Below are positions 40,726-48,144 of a DNA stretch of 64,000 nucleotides, in pieces. Where the stretch lies: assembly GCA_963807175.1 (NCBI GenBank), contig CAWEAC010000005.1, positions 43,130-107,129 of the forward strand, written 5' to 3'. Both the position numbers and the translations under genes were made by a program. Each line of letters begins with the position of its first letter. Position 1 is the stretch's first letter. Under the pieces are notes generated by a model. The model had not been told where the DNA came from. It was given only the letters and a program-made list of their open reading frames with translations, and made no database searches. Source of the stretch: an uncultured Alphaproteobacteria bacterium. Its GTDB lineage: Bacteria; Pseudomonadota; Alphaproteobacteria; Rhizobiales; Xanthobacteraceae.

Positions 40726-41754
40726 TTACGCCCCCTTGATCGATTGCAACAATTGATCGATCTCACGGATCATTTTCGCCAATTTGTTCTCACGCTCGCT
40801 GACATTGTCGGTGATATGCGAGGCTGCGCCCTTGCGGGATGTGTTATATCGGTACTCGTGGTCAGCTCGGAGCGGGCGACGCGCGCCGTAACCGCTTGTG
40901 GCCGGTACAAGTGAGGTGTACAAGCCGCCTATGGACTGATCCTGCTCATTGGCGAATTCAGGCTGCAGCCCCTCGTCGCGCGGCTCATGCGCTTGTCGGT
41001 CGTCGATCCATTTGGATTGGGAGTGATCGATGATTATTCGCCGGCCACGCATAGTGGAGAATTTTATCATAGAGGTATACAAAAATCCAGCCGCGGTCAG
41101 CCCAACCGCGATGACAAGAAATATTTTCGCTAGCGTTACCGCAGGTGGGAAAGAGTCCGCGGGTTCATCGCTCGGAACTAGGTTCGGCTTCTGCGCCTCG
41201 ACCATCGCAACCGCTGGCGGATCGGGCCATACTAAAGCAGCCGATGGCCCGGTTGTGGGCGCCTTAGCACCGGTCTGGGATGACGCGCTTGCTTGCGGAG
41301 CGGGCGCCTCTTGAGTAGACGTGGCCACACTTTCTTCCTGAATGCGTTGCTGGACAGATTTGTCCGTTGGCGCACTCCCTGTAGGCGCCGCCTGCGTGTT
41401 GGGCGGCGGCAAGGACGGAGCGCTATTGCCAGCACTATTCGATATGGGAGCGCCTGCTGATGCAGTCGCAGACGTTTCGACTGAACCGGCGGATTTTGTC
41501 GGTGCCATTTCCGGTGAAGCATATGCAACAGTGTGTAGCGTTAGTTGGCCTGGCGGACGCAAAAACCAGCACTTACGCCGTTTCTGTCGATCCGTTTTGT
41601 AATACCAGTGGCTTCCCTTCGGCCCGGCGGAATTCGGGGCGGTTATACAATCATCCGCATGCGCGGAAGTTTCGGGCGCTGCGATGCCAACGCCCCATAC
41701 GAGAAACGGAGCCGCAAGTACGATCAATCGAATTGAGATGATTTGACCTGACAT
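40726..41754 (-). CDS. Hypothetical exported/membrane-anchored protein
   Basis: Signal peptide, C-x13-HWYY-x8-CW module, Pro/Ala/Ser linker and one later hydrophobic helix. Confidence 0.6.
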   Translation of the reverse strand: MSGQIISIRLIVLAAPFLVWGVGIAAPETSAHADDCITAPNSAGPKGSHWYYKTDRQKRRKCWFLRPPGQLTLHTVAYASPEMAPTKSAGSVETSATASAGAPISNSAGNSAPSLPPPNTQAAPTGSAPTDKSVQQRIQEESVATSTQEAPAPQASASSQTGAKAPTTGPSAALVWPDPPAVAMVEAQKPNLVPSDEPADSFPPAVTLAKIFLVIAVGLTAAGFLYTSMIKFSTMRGRRIIIDHSQSKWIDDRQAHEPRDEGLQPEFANEQDQSIGGLYTSLVPATSGYGARRPLRADHEYRYNTSRKGAASHITDNVSERENKLAKMIREIDQLLQSIKGA

Positions 41755-41844
41755 GTCGCATCCACCACTGAACCCGCAAAATATCCATGCAATTTTCGAT
41801 TGAAATGCGTCGCAATTGTGGGTTCAGAGGGACCTTTCAAGGTT

Positions 41845-41880
41845 TGGGTCCTAAATGACGCGATGTGCCATAAGCGGCCA
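41845..41880 (+). repeat. Island repeat-family unit (shortened)
   Basis: TTGGGTCCTAAATGACGCGATGTGCCATAAGCGGCC. Confidence 0.5.
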
Positions 41881-41892
41881 CTGCGCGCCTAG

Positions 41893-42351
41893 TTAGTAGC
41901 AGCGAACAATATTTACGGATTGCATTTTGCCGCCACCCCGAGGAACCGTTACGGTCTGCGAGCGGCAGTCCGACGCATATCTGACCACAGGCGGATATCG
42001 ATGCACCGCATCCCAGGGGACATCATATGTGTAGGTGACATGCTGCGATATTGATCGCGCAACATCCACATTCGGCTCGAAATCCGAGGGCTGCAGTTTT
42101 TGATTGATGCCGTAGAAGCCCCCTGCTGTCGCCCAGAGCGCCCAGTCTGCATTGCGTTTGCCGTGATCCCGTCGCGATGAGAAATTTGCGTGAACTCTCG
42201 GTCGCATGACTGATGGGCTGGAGGCCGAATGCGTCGAAGCAGATTTTCCGCCAGGCGCTGCTCCCGACCTGCCGAATGACTCGTTTGGTGCAAGGGTGAG
42301 GGCTACGCTAAGAGATGCGATAAAGGCCGTCGCATACATTCTATGCATCAT
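41893..42351 (-). CDS. Hypothetical secreted protein
   Basis: Signal peptide and C-terminal YTYDVPWD...C...VNIVRCY. Confidence 0.55.
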   Translation of the reverse strand: MMHRMYATAFIASLSVALTLAPNESFGRSGAAPGGKSASTHSASSPSVMRPRVHANFSSRRDHGKRNADWALWATAGGFYGINQKLQPSDFEPNVDVARSISQHVTYTYDVPWDAVHRYPPVVRYASDCRSQTVTVPRGGGKMQSVNIVRCY

Positions 42352-42599
42352 AGGACTCGCCATTTTTACGCTACCAAGCATACATTCCAACGCATTCTAG
42401 CTCAGGCCCTTTGTATCCACCAGATCCATCCGCTCGGATTTCAAAACCATAGCGAAAGCGGCCGAGCCGCGCCCTTTGCGTGCTGAAGCCACGCCCGTAT
42501 TACAGCCGCCCTCAAGCCAGACGGTGGCATCCTACCGGCTAAAACTAGACCGAGGAAAGGGACTGAAAGCGGCTTTGGGCAGATGTTCGTTGGTACAGC

Positions 42600-42725
42600 C
42601 AATGTCGCAGTTGGGTCATTCGCTACTGATCCATTCCACGCCAGTATCAAAAAATGGTCGCTGTGCCTCCGATAGCGACAAAATCCGGGCAATGCCCCGA
42701 ACGACGCTAAGCGCCAAAAGCTGAC
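42600..42725 (+). repeat. Island repeat-family unit (three hairpin modules)
   Basis: ATGTCGCAGTTGGGTCATTCGC / GTCGCTGTGCCTCCGATAGCGAC / GACGCTAAGCGCCAAAAGCTGAC. Confidence 0.6.
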
Positions 42726-42813
42726 TCCTAACGCATGATCTGTCATGTAGGCTAAATAAGCGGCAGAAAATCAAAACAGTTTGGCCGCATGAATCGTACC
42801 AGAGGGGTAAGAA

Positions 42814-43199
42814 ATGTCTGAAGCACACACCATTCAGGTAGGTAGACTATATGCGGATGAACTTGGGGAAAGTCGGCTCGAGAGTCTAACGATACCAATG
42901 TCGCCAAAGGACTTCGCTCCACCGGCTGCTCCATGCGACGTGGCAGACGTCCAACCGGCCCAGAATTACGTATTATAGAGCTTCCGGTTGGTTGGGGTGG
43001 CACCGAACCGCACCCGACGCCCGGCCGCCACATGCTATTTATGTTGTCGGGCAGCTTCCGCGTGAAACCGAGTTTGGGCGAAGCACGTACCTTCGTTGCT
43101 GGGGACGGCCTCCTAATGGAGGACACGTCCGGCAAAGGGCACATGACCGAGGTCACATCAGACGGCCCGGTCAAAACAGTGATGATCCGGCTCGCGTAA
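42814..43199 (+). pseudogene. Cupin-domain protein with a frameshift at ~42972
   Basis: GAGGGG RBS and MSEAHTIQVGRLYADELGESR..., then a frame change to IIELPVGW...HPTPGRH...GDGLLMEDTSGKGHMT. Confidence 0.7.
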
Positions 43200-43305
43200 T
43201 CCCTTAAGCGTTTACGCGGGTGCGTGACTATCCGGCAGCTCAACCGTCCGCTATCTTTTACGCCGTTCCGGCGTTCATCATAGAAATGCTGGCCGGGAGT
43301 AAGCA

Positions 43306-43608
43306 ATGCCAAAAGGTTACTAGTTTGCACGAGTCGACGTGAATAATCTGGACAACTACAAGTTATACGCAACCGCCATCCAGCCGGTTTTCAAGAAGTT
43401 TGGCGCGCGCTATCTCACTCGCGGTGGCCGGTCTGAGAATGTCGAGGGCGGAAATAGATCGCGGAACGTGGTCATCGAGTTTCCGGATTACGAAGCCGCG
43501 CTCGCCTGCTATCGGTCGCCGGAATACACTGAAGCGAAAAAGCTCCGCGCTTCCGCGTCGGCTGGCGATATTATTATTCTCGAAGGCTATGACGGGCCGC
43601 AGCCGTAA
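43306..43608 (+). pseudogene. DUF1330 protein with a premature TAG at codon 6
   Basis: MPKGY*FARVDV...FGARYLTRGG...RNVVIEFPDYEAALACYRSPEY. The TAG at 43321-43323 is where W is expected. Confidence 0.8.
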
Positions 43609-43659
43609 GTATTACCAGAACATACGGGTGCCGCAGCGGTTGCCATCTTTACAATTTTA

Positions 43660-43790
43660 CAATGTTCGCCATGGGTCGCGCTGCGGAGCAATTCAGCCGT
43701 AGCGCAGACCTTTGTCCGTCATGCTCCGAAAGCGACCAAACTTTTGCAGCGCAGCAAAGTTCCAAAAGCCGACATCAGGTCTACGATGCA
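43660..43790 (+). repeat. Island repeat-family unit
   Basis: GGGTCGCGCTGCGGAGCAATTCAGCC...TTTGTCCGTCATGCTCCGAAAGCGACC; shares CGCTGCGGAGCAATTCAGCC with the 46795-46910 unit. Confidence 0.62.
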
Positions 43791-43836
43791 AATAGTCGTC
43801 GGGCCCGCCAACTAAAGCGGTCAGGGGAGGCACAAA

Positions 43837-44181
43837 ATGCGGCTGGCTAGAAGAGTTTTTGTCGCGTTTGTGATGACCGCCACTGCGCTAATTGCAGAAA
43901 CAAATATGGTTCGAGCAGCCGGTAGCTGTAGTGAACAATACGGCACCTGTTTTAGTATGTGCAAACAAAACGGTTTTGGCAGAAAGCGCGCCGATCATCC
44001 GCATCCTCAATCGGCGGAAACATGCCGCAATCACTGCATAGGATGGAAAACCAGCTGCCTGCGAACTGGATGCCGGAACGGTGATCTCGTTCAAGTATGC
44101 GGTCTCGACAAGCGCCAGTTTTGCCGCCCAACGTCGGCTTGCTCCAATAGATGGGGTAATCGGCCGGCAGCTTGTGGATAG
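43837..44181 (+). CDS. Small Cys-rich secreted protein, probably reading through a lost stop codon
   Basis: Signal peptide followed by 8 Cys ending CGLDKR. The tail runs through the repeat into the IS end. Confidence 0.6.
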   Translation: MRLARRVFVAFVMTATALIAETNMVRAAGSCSEQYGTCFSMCKQNGFGRKRADHPHPQSAETCRNHCIGWKTSCLRTGCRNGDLVQVCGLDKRQFCRPTSACSNRWGNRPAACG

Positions 44182-44268
44182 CTGAAGAATCTGGGTGCTG
44201 CGCTTCAGGCTGATGGTGAATACGAGGTCCGTTGTCGCGGCCTCAAGCATCAGAAGGAGAAGCGCAGC

Positions 44269-45297
44269 ATGGACCATTTTGCTGGATTGGACGTATCGGT
44301 CAAGGAGACCAGCGTCTGCGTTGTGGATGACATGGGCAGGATTGTACGAGAAGTGAAGGTAGCGAGCGAGCCTGAAGCTCTGCTGCAAGTCTTGAAGAAT
44401 CCCGCCTACCACTTCAAGCGGATCGGACTGGAAGCCGGACCATTATCGCAATGGCTGTTCAGTGCACTCGCCGAAGCGGGCTTGCCGGTGATCTGTGTCG
44501 AGACGCGGCACATGCGGGCGGTGTTGAAAGCACAAATCAACAAGACCGACCGCAACGATGCACGCGGCATGGCGCAGATGATGCGGGCGGGGATTTACCG
44601 CCCGGTGCATGTAAAGACGCTGCGCAGTCAGAAACTGCGAATGCTGCTGACCCACCGCAAGCTGCTGCAGTCCAAGGCCATTGCCATCGACAACGACCTG
44701 CGCGGCACCTTGCGCAACTTTGGCCTCAAAGTGGGTATAGTCAGGACTGCAAAGTTCGAAGCCCGCATCAGGGAGCTGGTCGAAAACTTTCCCGACTTGG
44801 CCGCTCTGGTCGAACCACTGCTCGTTGTCCGACGGACGCTTCGCGAGCAGTTCTGCGTCCTGCACCGCCGCTTGCTCGCTATCGTGCGGGACGATGAGGT
44901 GTGCCGGCGCCTGATGACGACGCCCGGTGTAGGGCCCGTGGTGTCGCTAACCTATCGTGCCACCGTCGATGTACCCGCACGCTTTCGTAGGTCCAAGTCA
45001 GTCGGGGCGGTGTTTGGTCTGACGTGTGCCAAGTATCAATCGGGCGAGGTGGATTGGAGCGGCAGAATATCATGCTGCGGAGATGAGATGATGCGAGGCA
45101 TGCTCTACGAAGCAGCTCAGGCCATGATGCGTTCGAAGAAATGGTCATGGCTCAAGGCCTGGGCGATGCAGATCGCCAGGCGCCGCGGGATGAAGAAGGC
45201 GATCGTGGCGCTGGCGCGCCGGCTGGCCGTGATCATGCACCGCATATGGGTTGATGGCACCGAGTTCCGCTGGACCCGGGAGGCCGCAGTGGCATGA
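44269..45297 (+). CDS. IS110 family transposase/recombinase
   Basis: AGLDVS, IGLEAG, NKTDRNDARG, TPGVG, YQSGE and ISCCGDEMMR motifs. Confidence 0.95.
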   Translation: MDHFAGLDVSVKETSVCVVDDMGRIVREVKVASEPEALLQVLKNPAYHFKRIGLEAGPLSQWLFSALAEAGLPVICVETRHMRAVLKAQINKTDRNDARGMAQMMRAGIYRPVHVKTLRSQKLRMLLTHRKLLQSKAIAIDNDLRGTLRNFGLKVGIVRTAKFEARIRELVENFPDLAALVEPLLVVRRTLREQFCVLHRRLLAIVRDDEVCRRLMTTPGVGPVVSLTYRATVDVPARFRRSKSVGAVFGLTCAKYQSGEVDWSGRISCCGDEMMRGMLYEAAQAMMRSKKWSWLKAWAMQIARRRGMKKAIVALARRLAVIMHRIWVDGTEFRWTREAAVA

Positions 45298-45566
45298 CGG
45301 CCGTAGGCAATCAAATACGATAGGAGGAATCTCGAGTTCCACTAAGCCGTGGAAAGATGTCCCTCGCGGGACGATGGATGAGGTGAGTTCGTTTGTCCGC
45401 TTGGACCTGCCGTCACTCTGCCGGCAAGGCCGCCCAATAGATTGTTCCGCCTCGTCTTCGAATCCCATGATGGAAAGGCCTTCGTGCCGATTCCGAAGAG
45501 AAGCACGAGCCCGTGAGCGACATCGGCACTGCAGTGGTGGATAGTCTGAAAGTGCTTGACCCCAAA
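45298..45566 (+). ncRNA. Putative bridge/seek RNA of the second IS110 element
   Basis: Target and donor guide-like segments are separated by hairpins (see findings). RNA ends are not defined. Confidence 0.72.
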
Positions 45567-45659
45567 CGGCCGATTAGAGAAGCGGACAACGCGGGAGCGG
45601 CCGGAATGTTCGTTGAGTGCCATAGGCGACCTGCAAGTGCCAGCGATGTCGTGCTTGTC

Positions 45660-46675
45660 TTAGTCGATACTGAGATGGATAAGTCGCTTCCCGAGGTTTT
45701 CTCCCCGATAAAGCTCGGCAATGGCGCCAGGCAATGCTCCAGCCCCTCGTCAATATCTTCGCGATACCGCAATCTGCCATCGCGAACCCAACTGGCGAGG
45801 CGCGCTATCGCTTCTTCAAAGCGGTGTGCGTAGTCGAAAATAAGCAAGCCGCTCATGCGCGCTCGCTTCACAAGCAAATACCGTTCGATGCGAGGGCCTT
45901 GCGGTGGTGGGTCCCAGCTTGAAATCGAAGCTGTACCGCAAACGACTATTCGAGCGCCAATGGCTAGCTGCGCGTAAACTGTATCGCTGATATCACCCGC
46001 GGTATTATCAAAATAGACATCGACGCCGTGCGGACAGGCAACGGCCAACGCCGTGCTAAGATTGTCAGCTTTGTAGTCTATCGCTTCGTCATAGCCAAAT
46101 TCATCGCGGCACAACTTCATCTTAGTCGGCCCACCGGTGATACCGATAGTGCAACAACCCATCAGTTTCGCAATCTGGCCGACTGCGGAGCCGACCGCAC
46201 CTGCCGCGGTAGAAACAACGACCGTGTCACCGGGCCGAGGCGCACCTAAATCCAGTAGTCCGATATAAGCGGCCACGCCATTGAGCCCGAGAATGCCTAG
46301 CGACAACGATAGCGGTAGATCAGTTTCGTTGACTTTGCGAGTGATCGAAGCGCCATCGGATATGGCGAACTGTTGCCAGCCAAGCATGCCCATCACCTTA
46401 TCGCCTTCCGAGTAGCCAGGATGGCGGGACGCTATGACTGTGCCAGCTGCAAAAGAGCGCATAACTTCGCCGATGCCGACTGGTGTCGCGTAATTGGTGA
46501 CTGCACTGACCCAGCCGCGCATTGCCGGTTCGACCGACAAATATTCATTGCGTACCAAAAATTGTCGCTCAGCAAGCTCTGGCACCGACGTCTCGACAAT
46601 CTCGAAATGCTCGGCCTGTGGAATGCCGGTTGGGCGTGCCTTGAGCCGGACCTGTCTGTTGAGCCCTTCCGCCAT
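45660..46675 (-). CDS. NADP-dependent oxidoreductase (CurA/PTGR-like), with an apparent frameshift at ~45730
   Basis: LSVEPAMRGW, VSTAAGAVGSAVGQ and CPHGVDVYFDN motifs. Adding one base restores CPGAIAELYRGENLGKRLI and a stop at 45660-45662. Confidence 0.85.
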
Positions 46676-46794
46676 GCTTACTCTGATCCACTAATGCTAA
46701 AGGGCCGCATGCTCCTGCGGCAATTGAGAGGCCGGGCGAAAGACTGCACAAGTCTCGAACTTCTTACTACAGAAATGGATCGATGGAAATTTAT

Positions 46795-46910
46795 CGATGT
46801 CCGAGTCGGGTCAATCGCTGCGGAGCAATTCAGCCCCAGTGCCGCCCTTTGTCCGTTATTGTCTAATCGCGTCCTAAATGGTGCGGCGCGGGGAACGCAG
46901 TCATGTGCCA
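46795..46910 (+). repeat. Island repeat-family unit
   Basis: ATGTCCGAGTCGGGTCAATCGCTGCGGAGCAATTCAGCC...TCGCGTCCTAAATGGTGCG...TGTGCCA. Confidence 0.65.
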
Positions 46911-46925
46911 TGTATGGACGGCGCC
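46911..46925. mobile_element. Orphan IS1111-type end remnant
   Basis: GTGCCA then TGTATGGACGGCGCC, compared with GTGCCA then TGTGTGGACGGCTCC at 34838-34858. The rest of the element is absent. Confidence 0.55.
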
Positions 46926-47059
46926 TACAAAACTCGAAATTGCTGGAGTATCACAATCGCCATCTGCTCAGCGGCGTGGGTATATCTGCCGTCAAACAGG
47001 AAAAGATCGATGCTGGCCACAATGGCCAGTGTGGCCAGTGTGGCCAGTATCCGAAACAT
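46925..47059 (-). CDS. 44-aa small membrane protein containing a 9-bp tandem repeat
   Basis: MFRILATLATLAIVASIDLFLFDGRYTHAAEQMAIVILQQFRVL. TGGCCAGT(G/A) x3 at 47023-47049. Below the ORF-track size cut-off. Confidence 0.45.
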   Translation of the reverse strand: MFRILATLATLAIVASIDLFLFDGRYTHAAEQMAIVILQQFRVL

Positions 47060-47245
47060 TGTCTCATCATGATGTTTCCCATTTAAAGGGACATAACTCA
47101 AATCATTACGAATCTATCGATTTCAAATTAGGCCACCGAGGGTCGAAACAGGCCAGTGCCCATCGCCTAAAGGAGCAAATCGAAAAACCAGAACATTTCG
47201 TGAGCATTGCAGGGCGCACAGCAAACCGTTGTTGCGTGCCCCTAC

Positions 47246-47443
47246 CTACACAATAATTGGTTTTGCTGGTGCTCGCTGGATTTCGCGCATATCCCCATGG
47301 TGTACTGTAGCTACCTGACCATTGTCCCAGGCGATCGTGACTGCATCCCAACTCGTTTCGGTGATACTGCCGCCGTCAGTGGCATCGCCTCGCCAACAAA
47401 CTCGGTTACCCTTCTTGAGGCCTTTGGATTCGGCGGCAGTCAT
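47246..47443 (-). CDS. 65-aa hypothetical protein (SH3/KOW-like beta pattern)
   Basis: Strong GAGGAGAGG RBS. MTAAESKGLKKGNRVCWRGD...VTIAWDNGQVATVHHGD. Confidence 0.6.
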   Translation of the reverse strand: MTAAESKGLKKGNRVCWRGDATDGGSITETSWDAVTIAWDNGQVATVHHGDMREIQRAPAKPIIV

Positions 47444-47964
47444 CAACCTCTCCTCATTATGCCTTTGCAATCCCGCTTCTTCCGCATTGAAGCCTATCCT
47501 TCGACCTACCGCCACATTCGCCCGACGTTTGCGGCAATATCAATTTTTGAATGCAACGTTTGTTTTCTAGCATCTGGGCCACTTGCTCGATCGCTCCAGT
47601 GCCGCCGGTCAAATGCGGCATGAATTGACTTCGGGATAAACCGGCTGACCGATGCATACACGTGGCGATCACAGTTCTCTATCCGGTGGCGGAGCTTGAT
47701 GCATGGGATCAGAAAAACATGGTAATTTGCCATACGCCAAAGTCACGGCGCATGGCCGCATGAGGAAGAATGATGATCGCGCACCGGACCGAAGGTGGTT
47801 TATTGATCCAACGTGATGCAAGAGTACTTGATGGGACAAAGCTCAACTCAGCGGGATCATGGCGATTCGGCACAGCTTGCCGCCCCCGATACGCGTCCCC
47901 TGTCGTCTGAAAATTCCAAAACGTTGAATAATATCAACATTGTAACTTGGCAGAACGTATCCTG

Positions 47965-48123
47965 CACAATCATCCGTCGGGAGACCCAACACCGAGCCGC
48001 GCGGACATCCAGATGACGCAGGCCATCGTCGATGTGGCGAAACCGCTCGGCATTTCCGTGCACGACCACATCATCATCGGCAAGGAAGGGCATGCCAGCT
48101 TTAAGGGGCTAACGTTGATTTGA
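47965..48123 (+). pseudogene. radC: 3' remnant of radC (JAB domain C-terminus)
   Basis: Translates to [52 protein letters not shown]. No upstream radC sequence is present. Confidence 0.9.
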
Positions 48124-48144
48124 GCCCGCGACTCGATCTTGACG

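Larger units (their letters stand above)
44151..45580 (+). mobile_element. Second IS110-family element (divergent clade, long 3' non-coding end)
   Basis: 10-bp subterminal inverted repeats TAATCGGCCG (44157-44166) / CGGCCGATTA (45567-45576). AG core at 44149-44150 and 45581-45582. Confidence 0.88.
27640..47964. mobile_element. Degraded genomic island between map and a radC 3' remnant
   Basis: Abrupt shift to more A/T-ending codons, IS elements, an intron fragment and pseudogenes. The right junction falls at the radC HNHP codons. No integrase is visible, and the left boundary is approximate. Confidence 0.8.

Noticed and set aside
34530-43323. Amber read-through or recoding, suggested by two in-frame TAGs
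   Set aside because: The TAGs replace different residues (Q and W), many intact genes here end in TAG, and no recoding machinery is present.
33690-47000. Integron or CALIN interpretation of the island repeats
   Set aside because: No intI, no RYYYAAC...GTTRRRY attC ends, and cargo genes lie in both orientations. Kept only as an analogy.
47023-47049. CRISPR-like repeat
   Set aside because: These are three adjacent 9-bp units with no spacers, inside a small ORF. No cas genes or arrays are in the window.
47506-47733. 75-aa ORF near the island end as an excisionase or regulator
   Set aside because: No recognisable helix-turn-helix or RBS, and it overlaps degenerate repeat-like sequence.
27640-47964. 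Anti-phage defence system in the island
   Set aside because: No nuclease, NTPase, TIR, RT or methylase motifs were recognised among the cargo ORFs.
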